The notes: a model not told the origin generated them from the sequence alone. A stretch of 64,000 nt of DNA from Acidimicrobiia bacterium (GCA_022827725.1 JAJEIJ010000005.1:462-64461); one strand, 5' to 3'. Positions 29,412-39,650 are shown, counted from the first letter of the stretch. Numbers and translations are program-made.

Positions 29412-30137
29412 GTGTTTGCAAGAAAGCCCAGTGGTTCGGGGCATTTGGGCGAGGGGCATCACCGCAATGTGACTCGGGGCGGATACCGGGCGGCGGTGTT
29501 CGGGGTGAGCGACGGCCTGGTGTCCAACGTGGCCCTCATATTGGGTGTGGCCGGGGCCAGCTCGGGCCAGGAGCTGGTGCGAATTGCCGGTTTGGCCGGG
29601 CTGATCGCCGGGGCGGTGTCGATGGCCGCGGGTGAGTACATCTCCATGCAGGCCCAGCGAGAGCTGCTGGAGCGGGAGTTGGAGATGGAGCGGCGGGAGC
29701 ACGCTCGCAACCCGGAGCACGAGGTGGAGGAGTTGGCCGAGATCTACGAATCCCGGGGGGTGGACCCGGACACGGCAAGGGAGATGGCGGCCAACATCAT
29801 GGAGGATCCGGAGAAGGCACTGGAGGTCCACGCCCGGGAGGAGATGGGCATCGATCCCAACGAACTGGGCAACCCGGTGTTCGCGGCGACATCTTCGTTC
29901 ATTGCCTTCGCCATCGGCGCGGTGCTGCCGCTTTTGCCCTGGTTCTTCACCGGCGGCAACGGCGCCATCGTGGGCTCGATCCTGCTCGGGGTGGTAGGCG
30001 CAGTGCTGGTGGGCGGTGCGCTGGCCCTAGCCACCGACCGGTCGATCTTGCGGGGTTCGCTCCGCCAGTTGGTCATTGCCGCTGCGGCGGCCGCTATCAC
30101 ATTTGGAATCGGCTCCGCAGTGGGGGTGGGAGTATGA
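29412..30137 (+). CDS. VIT1/CCC1 family metal transporter
   Basis: RAAVFGVSDGLVSN, AGAVSMAAGEYISM. Confidence 0.88.
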   Translation: MFARKPSGSGHLGEGHHRNVTRGGYRAAVFGVSDGLVSNVALILGVAGASSGQELVRIAGLAGLIAGAVSMAAGEYISMQAQRELLERELEMERREHARNPEHEVEELAEIYESRGVDPDTAREMAANIMEDPEKALEVHAREEMGIDPNELGNPVFAATSSFIAFAIGAVLPLLPWFFTGGNGAIVGSILLGVVGAVLVGGALALATDRSILRGSLRQLVIAAAAAAITFGIGSAVGVGV

Positions 30138-31003
30138 CCGATTGGGAATGGACCTTGGGCGGCCTGGAGAGCGATAAGCCACCCATCTGGAGCGATGACA
30201 ACATCCTGGATCCGTCCAGCGTGCTGCTCACAAACAAGGTGGCCATCGTCACCGGCGGCGCTCGGGGGATCGGCGCGGCCACCGCAGTGGCGCTGGCCCG
30301 CTTCGGAGCCGATCTGGCCATCTGCGACCGGGAGGCCGACGACATGGCCCGCACCGCCGCCGCAGTGGAAGCGCTGGGTCGCCGCTGTGTGACCGGGCTG
30401 TTCGACGTGCGCCATCCCGAGCCCCGAGACGCCTGGCTGGCCGAGGTGGGCAAGGCCTATGGCCGGGTGGACGTGCTGGTGAACAACGCTGGCGGCACGT
30501 TCAACTCCCCGTTTGCCGACATCAACCCCAAAGGCGAGGCCGCGCTCATCGCCGAGAACTTCACCCAGGTCACCGGCTTCATCCGGGGCTGCATTCCGCT
30601 GATGAGCGACGGCGGGTCGATCATCAACGTCACCTCCATCGAGGCCCATCGGGCCGGTCCCGGCTTCTCCATCTACTCGGCCATGAAGGCGGCCCAGGCC
30701 AACCTGACCATGAGCCTGTCGCTGGAGCTGGCGCCAGCCGGCATCCGGGTCAACTGCATTGCCCCAGATGTGATCCCCACCGAGGGCGAGCGCATGCTCG
30801 GCGACGAGAGCACCGACGAGAGATCGCAGTTGGCCCCCCAGCCGTGGTTGGAGGGCGGCTCGGTTCACGACTGCGCCGCCTCGATCGTGTATCTGGCCGG
30901 GGACATGTCCCGATTTGTGACCGGCTCCACCATCCATGTGGACGGCGGCAACATTGGCGCCGCCGGCTGGAAGCGCCGCACCACTGGCCGCTATTCCACT
31001 TAG
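30134..31003 (+). CDS. SDR family oxidoreductase
   Basis: TGGARGIG, NNAGG, YSAMK. Confidence 0.88.
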   Translation: MTDWEWTLGGLESDKPPIWSDDNILDPSSVLLTNKVAIVTGGARGIGAATAVALARFGADLAICDREADDMARTAAAVEALGRRCVTGLFDVRHPEPRDAWLAEVGKAYGRVDVLVNNAGGTFNSPFADINPKGEAALIAENFTQVTGFIRGCIPLMSDGGSIINVTSIEAHRAGPGFSIYSAMKAAQANLTMSLSLELAPAGIRVNCIAPDVIPTEGERMLGDESTDERSQLAPQPWLEGGSVHDCAASIVYLAGDMSRFVTGSTIHVDGGNIGAAGWKRRTTGRYST

Positions 31004-31051
31004 CCCAACCGCCTAGAGTTCCAGCCGGTACATCACCGCGAAGGAACTGAC

Positions 31052-32119
31052 ATGGACATCGACATTGAGCGGGTAACCGAGATAGCCGGCGAGGTTGCCA
31101 CCCACATGGCCGGGGCCACCACCATGGCCATGGTCCACATCGGCGACGAGCTGGGCCTGTATCAGGCCATGGCGGGGGCGGGGCCGATGACCGCGGACGC
31201 TCTGGCCGAAGCTACCGGCTGCAATCCCCGCCTGGTCACCGAGTGGCTGCGCCAGCAGGCCGCGGTCGAGTTGGTGGAGATCGATGGCCAGGGCGACGAC
31301 GACGTCACGTTCCGGTTGACCGATGAGGCCGCCGCCGTGCTGGCCTGGGAGGTGAGCCCCGCGTTCTTGGCCGGGGGCATTGGCATGTTCCGGGCCATGT
31401 TCGCCGACATGGACGACATCCTCGAAGCCTTCCGGGGCGACGGCGGTTTGGCCTGGGGCGACCACCACCCCTGCCTGTTCACCTCCACCGCCCGGTTCTT
31501 CCGCCCCCAATACGAGATGTACTTGGCCAACGAGTGGATTCCCGCCGCCGACGGGATCGACGAACTGCTCCGCGCCGGGGCCACCGCCGCCGATGTGGGC
31601 TGCGGATGCGGCGACTCGGTGCAGATCCTGGCCTCGGCCTACCCCGAGTCGCACTTCACCGGGATCGACTTCCACGGCCCATCCATCGACCAGGCCAGAG
31701 AACTGGCCGCCGAAGCCGGACTCACCAACGCCTCCTACGAGGTGGCCGACTCCAAGGGCTACCAGGGCACCTTCGACGTGATCTTTTTCTTGGACTGCCT
31801 CCACGACATGGGCGACCCGGTAGGCATCGCCGCCCACGCCCGCAGCCAGCTGGCCGAGGGTGGCTCAGTGCTCATGGTGGAGCCGTTCGCCCTCGACGGC
31901 CATGTCCACAACCTGACCGAGAACCCCATGGCGGCCACGTCATATGGCGCTTCCGCAGTGTTCTGCACCCCGTGTTCTCTGGCCCAACCAGTGGGATTGG
32001 GGCTGGGCGCTCAGGCCGGCGAAGCCGCCATGCGAGAAGTCTTCACCGCCGCCGGCTACTCCAGCTTCGAGCGAGTCACCGAGACCAACGCCAACATCAT
32101 CTACCAAGCCCGCCCGTAG
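31052..32119 (+). CDS. SAM-dependent methyltransferase with N-terminal wHTH (Rv2258c-like)
   Basis: IGDELGLY, ADVGCGCG, DCLHDMGDP, GLGAQAG. Confidence 0.88.
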   Translation: MDIDIERVTEIAGEVATHMAGATTMAMVHIGDELGLYQAMAGAGPMTADALAEATGCNPRLVTEWLRQQAAVELVEIDGQGDDDVTFRLTDEAAAVLAWEVSPAFLAGGIGMFRAMFADMDDILEAFRGDGGLAWGDHHPCLFTSTARFFRPQYEMYLANEWIPAADGIDELLRAGATAADVGCGCGDSVQILASAYPESHFTGIDFHGPSIDQARELAAEAGLTNASYEVADSKGYQGTFDVIFFLDCLHDMGDPVGIAAHARSQLAEGGSVLMVEPFALDGHVHNLTENPMAATSYGASAVFCTPCSLAQPVGLGLGAQAGEAAMREVFTAAGYSSFERVTETNANIIYQARP

Positions 32120-32169
32120 TTTTTCGGATCGCCCAAACCCCAAAGAAGCCGGTACACTGCGGCGTTCCT

Positions 32170-32245
32170 GCCCCGTTCGTCTAGAGGCCTAGGACGCCAG
32201 ATTCTCAATCTGGTAACACGGGTTCGAATCCCGTACGGGGTGCCA
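32170..32245 (+). tRNA. tRNA-Glu (CTC)
   Basis: Acceptor GCCCCGT/ACGGGGT, D-arm, anticodon arm CCAGA-TTCTCAA-TCTGG, T-loop GGTTCGAATCC, encoded CCA. Confidence 0.96.
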
Positions 32246-32334
32246 CTGCACGTCTTCGCTGCCCGCAAGGCCGACTGCCCACTGAGCATCGCCGTCTGTC
32301 ACCTCCGGTTGCTTTCAAGGCTCTTTCGGGTCGG

Positions 32335-32769
32335 TCAGGCCGGAAGAGGCACGGCTGCTAGACGGCTCCGGCTTGCTCGGTAGATGAAGGGGCCTGATTC
32401 TTCAGTTAGGGCTTCGATGCGTCGCCACTGGGTCATGAGCACCTCCAGCTGGTTCCAAATGGTTCTTGCTTCCTTGCTGACCAAGGCGATCATGCGAGCG
32501 TTGTGCTCGCTCACTGCGTGAAGCTCGGCAGGGCGGCGCTGTATTTTGGAGTCGCGAGTCACAATGACAAGGCCCTGCGCGGTTACTGCTGGGATCCAAT
32601 CTGTGTCGTCAACTGCTGTACTAGTTATCGAACAAGGCGGCCTTTGCCGCTTGTGGATGGCTGCTCCTGGGTCTCCTGGGTATGTGCAGTCTGAGCGCAG
32701 GCCGCAGACAAGCTTGCCTAGGCCGAGGATATCTGAGTCGAAATAGAAGCGGACATGGGCCGGTTTCAC
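32335..32769 (-). CDS. PIN-like toxin (VapC45-type)
   Basis: RFYFDSD...DDTDWIP...IVTRDSKI. GTGA overlap with the DUF433 gene. Confidence 0.75.
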   Translation of the reverse strand: MKPAHVRFYFDSDILGLGKLVCGLRSDCTYPGDPGAAIHKRQRPPCSITSTAVDDTDWIPAVTAQGLVIVTRDSKIQRRPAELHAVSEHNARMIALVSKEARTIWNQLEVLMTQWRRIEALTEESGPFIYRASRSRLAAVPLPA

Positions 32770-33452
32770 GCGGCCAGAGGCGTTCTGCGCGACAGTTCGT
32801 AAGCTTGGGCCCATTGCACATCAGCAAGTTCAAGTCCGAACTGTTCAGCGACATCGGCCTCATCCTCTCCACCGTCGAGGTGTTCGACAATGGCCTCGGT
32901 GCTGATCCCCTCGATGGAAGGTCGACCGAACCTCCGGACTGGCAGGCATCGGACTGGGGATGCCTCATCCTGATGCGGTCGCCATGCAATCGGCCAGCCG
33001 TCTTCCCACTCGACTCTTTTGAGAAACGATGCAGCAGGATCAGTCAGCACAAGTTGATTGCTGGCCGGGGCGATAAGCCACAACTCCCCGGGGAGGTCAG
33101 ACTCCTTCTGCATCTCCAGCAAGAGATGAGAACCTTCTCCGACCCAGGGCTTGTGACGGGCCAATGGGTGCTCATGGCCCTCTTCGTCGCGCAACCGCTC
33201 GATAAACGCCCGAATCTCGTGGAGTCTGACGTGCAGCTCACGTCGGTACTGACATAGCAGCCCGCTCTCTACAAATTCTGCCCAGGTCAACGTGGAGTCC
33301 CCGGTGGGCGATGGGCGGATGACCGGTGGGTATGTCCGGCCCCGTTTCGACCCGCCCTCGAGCCACCAGCGCAGCGTGCTTGGGGGGACGCGCAAAATCC
33401 TGGCGGCGTCGGCCACCGAATACGTTTTGCGGTCTAAGAAGGTTGCTCCCAC
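32766..33452 (-). CDS. HTH + DUF433 antitoxin (VapB45-type)
   Basis: YSVADAARILRVPPSTLRWW...RFGRPSIEGISTEAI...VAEQFGL. Confidence 0.82.
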   Translation of the reverse strand: MGATFLDRKTYSVADAARILRVPPSTLRWWLEGGSKRGRTYPPVIRPSPTGDSTLTWAEFVESGLLCQYRRELHVRLHEIRAFIERLRDEEGHEHPLARHKPWVGEGSHLLLEMQKESDLPGELWLIAPASNQLVLTDPAASFLKRVEWEDGWPIAWRPHQDEASPVRCLPVRRFGRPSIEGISTEAIVEHLDGGEDEADVAEQFGLELADVQWAQAYELSRRTPLAA

Positions 33453-33631
33453 GGCGTCATTATGCCCCTATTGAAGCTCGGATTCCTTCATGGTGGCCGA
33501 CCTGGTCATGAGGCTGGCCCCGATCAGGGTCCCTACTGCACCGAAGGCGGCCTGGGAACGCCTGCGCCCGCCGCGGATTGGCGCGCGAGACTGGCGCCGA
33601 ACCGAAGACGACAGAGGAAACGGAGCGACCG

Positions 33632-34414
33632 ATGGGCCGAATGGACGGAAGAGTCGCAGTGGTGACTGGGGCTAGTGGCGGGATTGGCATGGCCACGTTG
33701 CGCCGGCTGGCGGGAGAGGGGGCCGCGGTGGTGGGCGTTGACTTGGTGGACGAGGCGGGCGAGAAGCTGGTGGCCGAGTTGACCGAGAGCGGTGCCCGGG
33801 CGGTGTACCAGCACTGCGATGTGGGTTCTTTGGACGAGGTGACTGCCGCGGTGGAGCGGGCGGTGTCGGAGTTCGGCCGGATCGATGTTCTGTTCAACAA
33901 CGCCGCTACCAGCACCGGGGGCTACATCCCCGAGCTCGACCCCGAGGGTTGGGACTCCAGCCTGCGGGTGATGCTCACCGCCGCCATGTACGGAATGAAA
34001 GCCGCCATCCCCCACATGGCCGCCCAAGGGGGAGGTTCCATAATCAGCACATCGTCGATCTACGGAGTGGTGGCCTCGCCGGGCAACGCCCCCTACTGCA
34101 CGGCCAAGGCGGGACTCATCAACCTGACTCGCACCGCGGCGGTGGAATGGGGGCGCAAGAACATCCGGGTCAACGCCATCTGTCCCGGAGTGGTGGAGAC
34201 GCCCATGTATGGCGCAGTGCTCGACATCGGCCTCAAGACCCACGAGGAGATCTCCGCCATGCACGCATTGGGCCGGACCATCAAGCCCGAGGAGATCGCC
34301 GACTTGGTGCTGTTTCTGGCCTCAGATGAGTCTTCGGCCATCACCGGCCAGGCCATCGTCATCGACGGCGGCCTCATCTCCGAATGCAATCTGACCGGAG
34401 TGCCACCGGCCTGA
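33632..34414 (+). CDS. SDR family oxidoreductase
   Basis: TGASGGIG, FNNA, YCTAK. Confidence 0.9.
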   Translation: MGRMDGRVAVVTGASGGIGMATLRRLAGEGAAVVGVDLVDEAGEKLVAELTESGARAVYQHCDVGSLDEVTAAVERAVSEFGRIDVLFNNAATSTGGYIPELDPEGWDSSLRVMLTAAMYGMKAAIPHMAAQGGGSIISTSSIYGVVASPGNAPYCTAKAGLINLTRTAAVEWGRKNIRVNAICPGVVETPMYGAVLDIGLKTHEEISAMHALGRTIKPEEIADLVLFLASDESSAITGQAIVIDGGLISECNLTGVPPA

Positions 34415-34465
34415 CGGCCCCGTGGTCTGACGGGCCCTTGATCTTGCGGATGAAGCCCTAGCTGA

Positions 34466-35722
34466 TCAACCGGCTTCGACTTCCGTACGGGGTGCCATTG
34501 CTCGGGTTCGCTGGTGGTGGAGGGCGAAGAGTTGGCAGGTTAGGGCGGCGGTGCCGTAGGCGAGGTAGCCGACGGCGACGGGTGTGACTGAGCCGCTGAT
34601 GGCCTGGTCGATGATGGCGGCGAGGCCGGCGCCGAGCATGGCCATGGTGAAGCCGAGCACGGCGGCGGCGGTGCCGGCCATCTCTCCCATGGGCTCGAGG
34701 GCCAGGCTCTGGCCCAGGGGGAAGAACGCCACCATGCAGGCGTTGGCCAGGCTGAAGATGGTGATCCAAAGAACAAAGTGCGGCCGGCCTCCGGCGGCCA
34801 GGGCCAGACCCAGCATGGTTGCCGCGGCGCAGATCTGTAGACAGCCCGCCCCGAGCGCCACCGAGCGAGCCCGGAATCGGTGCAGTGCCCGGTTGTTGAG
34901 CAGCGTCACCAGGCCCATGCCCGCCGCCATGATCGAGAAGTAAGGCACGAACCAGTGCTCCTGATCGAAGACGTCGTCGAAGATCAGCTCGGAGCTGGCC
35001 AGGAACGAGAAGAAGGCGCCGGCGGTGAACATGGTGGCCAGGGTGTAGCCCAGCGTCACCGGGTGGGTGGTGACCGACCGGAAGCCGGCCATCGTCGATC
35101 GAAAGGTCAGCGGTCGCCGGTGCTCGGGCTTCAGCGTCTCCTCCAACCGCAGCGACCACGCCACGATCACCACGGCGGTGAACACGCTGAAGGCCATCAC
35201 ATACCGCCACGAACCCAGCTCCACCAACCCTTTGCCCAGCGGCGGCCCAGCCACCGGGGCCCAGAAGAACACCGCCATAACCAGGGTCATAACCCGGGCC
35301 ATGGCGTCTCCGGAGTAGTAGTCCCGCACGATGGCCTGGGCCGCGGTGCGGGGGCCGGCCGCGGCGAAGCCCCAGATGAAGCGGCTCACGTAGAGCATGC
35401 CCAACGACACCGACAGGGTGGCCATGAGCGATGCCAGGCCGTACAGCACCATGCTTCCGACGAGGATCCTCTTTCGACCGAGAGCATCGGCCATCGGGCC
35501 GTACACCAGGTTGCCGATACCCGAGCCCACGAAGAACAGCGTGATGGTGAGCGACAGACCGGTGGAGTCCTCCGGCAGGTTGAACGCATCCCGCATCTCC
35601 GAGAACGCCGGGAGCAGGGTGTCGATGGCCAGTGCCGACACAGCGCTGATCATGGCGATGAAGAGGATGAACTCCCGTTCGCCCAATTTGCGACCGGTGT
35701 AGGTGGATGCGGGCGTGCTCAC
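34466..35722 (-). CDS. MFS transporter, Bcr/CflA-like
   Basis: ALAIDTLLPA, GPMADALGRK, AIVRDYYSG, about 12 TM segments. Confidence 0.88.
   Translation of the reverse strand: MSTPASTYTGRKLGEREFILFIAMISAVSALAIDTLLPAFSEMRDAFNLPEDSTGLSLTITLFFVGSGIGNLVYGPMADALGRKRILVGSMVLYGLASLMATLSVSLGMLYVSRFIWGFAAAGPRTAAQAIVRDYYSGDAMARVMTLVMAVFFWAPVAGPPLGKGLVELGSWRYVMAFSVFTAVVIVAWSLRLEETLKPEHRRPLTFRSTMAGFRSVTTHPVTLGYTLATMFTAGAFFSFLASSELIFDDVFDQEHWFVPYFSIMAAGMGLVTLLNNRALHRFRARSVALGAGCLQICAAATMLGLALAAGGRPHFVLWITIFSLANACMVAFFPLGQSLALEPMGEMAGTAAAVLGFTMAMLGAGLAAIIDQAISGSVTPVAVGYLAYGTAALTCQLFALHHQRTRAMAPRTEVEAG
34475..34497 (+). repeat. Degenerate copy of the tRNA-Glu 3' end (att-like)
   Basis: TTCGACTTCCGTACGGGGTGCCA versus tRNA TTCGAATCCCGTACGGGGTGCCA. 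The last 15 bp are identical (34483-34497 = 32231-32245). Confidence 0.7.
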
Positions 35723-35761
35723 ACCGGCCGACTTCTCATAACGGCGTAGCCTGTTCCCCCT

Positions 35762-36529
35762 ATGACGGAGATGTCAAAGACGTTAGAGGGCAAGGTGGCG
35801 CTGGTCACCGGTGCGGCCCGGGGGCTGGGTGCGGAAATTGTGCGGCGCATGGTGGCGGCCGGGGCCCAGGTGACGGCGGCGGACAAGCGGGTGGACGACG
35901 GGGCCGCGGCTGCTGCTGAGGCCGGGGCGCAGTTCATCGAGCTCGACGTGACCGACGCCCAGCAATGGGCCGCTGCGGTGGACGCGGCGGCTGACGGCGG
36001 CCGCCTGGACATCTTGGTCAACAACGCGGCGATCACCCGGGTGGTCCCGATCCTCGACTGCGACCCTGCCGAGTTCCGCAAAGTGATCGACACCAACCTG
36101 GTGGGCACGTTCCTGGGCATCCAGGCCGCCGCGCCCACCATGGCGTCGAGCGGAGGAGGGTCGATCGTGAACCTGAGCTCGCCCAGTGCCTTCGAGGGCA
36201 CCGCGGGGATGCCGGCCTACTCCACATCGAAGTGGGGCATCCGGGGGCTCACCCGCACGGCGGCCCTGGAGCTGGCCGACCTAGGCATCCGCGTCAACTC
36301 AGTGGTGCCCGGTGCGCTGCGCACCGCCATGACCCGCCGACCGGGATGGGAAGACGAAGACTACGAGCGCCACTACGGCGCCACCGTGCCGCTGCGGCGC
36401 ATGGCCGAACTCGGAGAGGTGGCCGACTTGGTGGTGTGGCTGGCCTCCGACCAGGCGTCCTACTGCACCGGAGGCGACTATGCCGCCGACGGCGGCCTGG
36501 GGGCGGGCTCGCCCCCCGAGAGGGGCTAG
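35762..36529 (+). CDS. SDR oxidoreductase (3-alpha,20-beta-HSD-like)
   Basis: TGAARGLG, NNAAI, YSTSKWGIRGLT. Confidence 0.88.
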   Translation: MTEMSKTLEGKVALVTGAARGLGAEIVRRMVAAGAQVTAADKRVDDGAAAAAEAGAQFIELDVTDAQQWAAAVDAAADGGRLDILVNNAAITRVVPILDCDPAEFRKVIDTNLVGTFLGIQAAAPTMASSGGGSIVNLSSPSAFEGTAGMPAYSTSKWGIRGLTRTAALELADLGIRVNSVVPGALRTAMTRRPGWEDEDYERHYGATVPLRRMAELGEVADLVVWLASDQASYCTGGDYAADGGLGAGSPPERG

Positions 36530-37242
36530 CCCGAGAAGTCGGGGTTGAACTCGACCTGGCCGTTGACCAAGTGGAGCCAGGGGTACAACTCCGCGGGGCG
36601 GCGGGCGATGACCGCTAGTTGGTTCCGCTGGCGCTTGAACACCGCGCACAGCGCGGCGAGGGCGGGCTTGGCCAGCTTCCCGACCAGACGCCGGCGGCGG
36701 CCGGTGGCCTCGGCTGTGGGAAGCCGCAGGCCGTAGCGGAACTCGACCTGGGGCTCGCCGGTGGGGTCATAGGACCGCAGGGTTTTGACCACTTCAGACT
36801 CGGTCCAGCGGTACACGTGGTTGGGCACGCTGGTGTTGTCCAGTCCGCCGGTGCGGAATCCTTGGTCGGTAACGGCGGCCAACTCGTAGGCATCGGCCAT
36901 GCCCACCCGAACCGCCAGCCGCATCAGCGCGCTGTCGCGGGCCTCGATGGCCACTATCCCCTCCCGGCACACTCGGTACATCTCTCCCAGCGCCCGGTGG
37001 GGGGAGCGGCAGTGGTGCAGCCCCTCGGAGACGAACACCCAGTCGAATGACCGATCCTCAAAAGTCAATGACTGGGCGTCCTGGAACGACCACGCCCCGT
37101 CGGGAACCAGCGGGGCAAAGGCCTCGTCCAGGTTGGACACCACCACGTCGGTGAAACCCAACGAGGTCAACAGCTCCCAGTCCTCAATTCCGGCGCACAC
37201 TGCCAGCAGCCGAGCGTCGGCATCGAGGCCCAAGCTGTTCAC
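36526..37242 (-). CDS. Class I SAM-dependent methyltransferase
   Basis: LAVCAG, QDAQSLTFEDRSFD, GLHHC...ALGEMYRV. Start uncertain (possible CTG at 37269). Confidence 0.78.
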   Translation of the reverse strand: MNSLGLDADARLLAVCAGIEDWELLTSLGFTDVVVSNLDEAFAPLVPDGAWSFQDAQSLTFEDRSFDWVFVSEGLHHCRSPHRALGEMYRVCREGIVAIEARDSALMRLAVRVGMADAYELAAVTDQGFRTGGLDNTSVPNHVYRWTESEVVKTLRSYDPTGEPQVEFRYGLRLPTAEATGRRRRLVGKLAKPALAALCAVFKRQRNQLAVIARRPAELYPWLHLVNGQVEFNPDFSG

Positions 37243-37329
37243 AGTGGCGGCGGCGAATTTGCGGTCCAGGATCCCTCTCCCGTCTCAGGCGTGGTTAGCC
37301 ATCGTACGGCGACTACTAGTTTGCTGAGG

Positions 37330-38145
37330 GTGAAGTTCGGGTTTCCGTTTATCTCACTGCACCCGGGGGCGTGGGTCGAGGTGGCCCAGGCCGCCGATGA
37401 GGCCGGGTTCGAGTCGTGCTGGATCGCCGACCATCTGGTGTTCCCGGTGGAGATGGAGGGCTCGCTGGGCGATGTGGAACATCCCAACGTGCCGGCCACG
37501 GTGCCGGTGTACGACGCCCCGGCTTACCTCTCGTACCTGGCCGGCCAGACCACCCGCATCAACCTGGGCGTGTACGTGTACCTGGCCGGACTGCGCCATC
37601 CCTTCTCCACCGCCCGGGGTTTCGCCACCTTGGACCACGTCAGCAACGGGCGGGCGCTGTTCGGCGTGGGAGCGGGATGGCTGCGCAACGAGTGGACCGC
37701 CGCGGGGATGGACCCCCGCACCCGGGGCCGCCGCCTCGACGAGGCGCTCGATGTGTGCGTGCGGCTTTGGACCGAGCCCGAGGTGGAGCACCACGGCGAG
37801 TTCTACGACTTCGAGCCGGTGGCTTTCGAGCCCAAGCCCGTCCAGCAGCCCCATCCCCCGATACTGGTGGGCGGATTGTCCGACGCCGCCCTGCGCCGGG
37901 CCGCCCGCTACCAGGGGTGGATGGGCATGGGCGACTCTTTCGAGTCGGTGCGGGCCGCCGCCGATCGGCTGGCCGAACTCGGCGCGCCCGACATAGAGAT
38001 CACCGCCCAGGGCCGCTGCGAAACGCTCGATGACCTGCGCCGTTGGGAGGATGCCGGGGCCCACCGACTGGTGGTCACACCATGGGAGAGCACCAGCAAG
38101 GCGGTTGACTCACTCAGGCGGTTCGCGGAGCGGTTCATCTCCTGA
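37330..38145 (+). CDS. LLM-class (putatively F420-dependent) oxidoreductase
   Basis: GFESCWIADHL, LRHPF, TLDHVSNGR, GAGW, PKPVQQPHPPI. Confidence 0.88.
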   Translation: MKFGFPFISLHPGAWVEVAQAADEAGFESCWIADHLVFPVEMEGSLGDVEHPNVPATVPVYDAPAYLSYLAGQTTRINLGVYVYLAGLRHPFSTARGFATLDHVSNGRALFGVGAGWLRNEWTAAGMDPRTRGRRLDEALDVCVRLWTEPEVEHHGEFYDFEPVAFEPKPVQQPHPPILVGGLSDAALRRAARYQGWMGMGDSFESVRAAADRLAELGAPDIEITAQGRCETLDDLRRWEDAGAHRLVVTPWESTSKAVDSLRRFAERFIS

Positions 38146-38241
38146 GCGGGCGAAATGCAACTGGTTGGAAATGTGCCAAAAAGCCCAGGGGAGGGCGTAG
38201 AATGGCATTTCTGCGCAAACAACGTCTGACTAGGGATTGCC

Positions 38242-38514
38242 ATGGGTCGAGGATCAGAGAGCTTTCAAAAGCGACAGCGGGAAAAGAACAAGCGCGAAAG
38301 GGCTGCGGCCAAGCAGGCCCGCCGCCACGGCAAGCTTGAAGTCCCGTTTGACGAGGAGGTTGAGGCGCCCTCTTCAAACGGAAAGTCAGAAGCCGAGCTG
38401 TATGAGGACTTCCGCCTGCTGAGCGAGAAGTACCAGTCCGGGGGAATGGACGAGGAGACTTACGAGCAGCGCCGGGCCGAGATCTTCGAGCAACTCGGCC
38501 TCGAGGTCCACTGA
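38242..38514 (+). CDS. Small hypothetical protein: basic N-terminus, SHOCT-like C-terminus
   Basis: MGRGSESFQKRQREK...GGMDEETYEQRRAEI. Confidence 0.7.
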   Translation: MGRGSESFQKRQREKNKRERAAAKQARRHGKLEVPFDEEVEAPSSNGKSEAELYEDFRLLSEKYQSGGMDEETYEQRRAEIFEQLGLEVH

Positions 38515-38563
38515 CCCAATTCGGTTACCCCGCCCAACCGGCGGAAGCTGAAACCGAGGAAGC

Positions 38564-39610
38564 TCAACCAGCGGCGATCAGCCGACTCGTGGGCATGCCC
38601 AGCATGCACGACAGCCCTGCCGACTGGAGTCCGCCCGCGCCGCCGGCCACCAGGATCACGAAGTAATCAGGGGAGGGCACGATCGGCACCCGGTCGTTCT
38701 CGATGGCCACCCCCAGTTGCTCCAGCACGTCTCTGGTGGGTTGGCGCCTGTACGGAGGGTAGAAGTCCAGCGGCACGCGGGCTTCGGCGAAGAGATGCTC
38801 CCGCAGCTCCTGCTTGGTGGGTATAAGGCCGGCCACCATCTCGGCGATTACCGGGCTCATCACCAGCACGGTCGGGAAGGGGTTGGGGGCGTCGTGGCCC
38901 CCGCACGGCCCGCTGATGGCCAGGCCGTTGGTCACGTGGTGCAGCACCTGGTCGGGCTCGTGGTGCATGTCGGTGATGGGCCACATCCCGTTCACGGCCA
39001 GCACCGTCACCACATCCTCGTCGGCATCGAACCCCATATCAGTGTGGTAGGGCGGCCAGGGGGAGGCCTCCTCGTTCTCGGCCACGCACAGCGAGGTGGC
39101 CTTGCCGGGCCAGCCCAGCGGCGCCTTGTCCACCTCGCCGGGGATGGCCCCGCCTATGTTCACCAAAGCGAGCCGGAGCGCCCTCCCCACGGTGGCGTTG
39201 GTGTGAGCCCCCGGCCCGAAACACCCCGCGCCGAAGTTGAAGCTCAAACGATGCCGGATCGGGCCGTTCACCACCAGCATCGGCCCCACCGGGTTGGTGG
39301 TGGTCTGCACCCCGTGGGCGTTCATCTGGGGGTCGCAGAAGGCGTCGATGGCGGCGATGACAACGGGCATCGCCTCGGGAACGCAGCCGGCCATCACCGC
39401 ATTGACCGCGATCTTCTCCACCGTGGCCGGCGCGTTCAGCGGGGGCACGTCGCTCACCACGTGGTCGGCCGACAGCCCGGAGGCGGCCACCGCCGCGGCC
39501 ACCCGCTCGGGGGTGGGGGGGACGATCGGCAGCCCGTCGGTCATGCCCCGCTCCCGCAGGTAGGCCTCTACCTCGTCGACTCCTCCGTCGACGTCAACCT
39601 GCTGGGTCAT
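38564..39610 (-). CDS. Conserved protein typically paired with UGSC (seleno)proteins
   Basis: TDGLPIVPPTPERV, EKIAVNAVMAGC, NATVGRALRL, AENEEASPW. Confidence 0.8.
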   Translation of the reverse strand: MTQQVDVDGGVDEVEAYLRERGMTDGLPIVPPTPERVAAAVAASGLSADHVVSDVPPLNAPATVEKIAVNAVMAGCVPEAMPVVIAAIDAFCDPQMNAHGVQTTTNPVGPMLVVNGPIRHRLSFNFGAGCFGPGAHTNATVGRALRLALVNIGGAIPGEVDKAPLGWPGKATSLCVAENEEASPWPPYHTDMGFDADEDVVTVLAVNGMWPITDMHHEPDQVLHHVTNGLAISGPCGGHDAPNPFPTVLVMSPVIAEMVAGLIPTKQELREHLFAEARVPLDFYPPYRRQPTRDVLEQLGVAIENDRVPIVPSPDYFVILVAGGAGGLQSAGLSCMLGMPTSRLIAAG

Positions 39611-39650
39611 CTCACCTTTGTCTGGTTGCCTGTGGTGGCGACCCGCGGGG

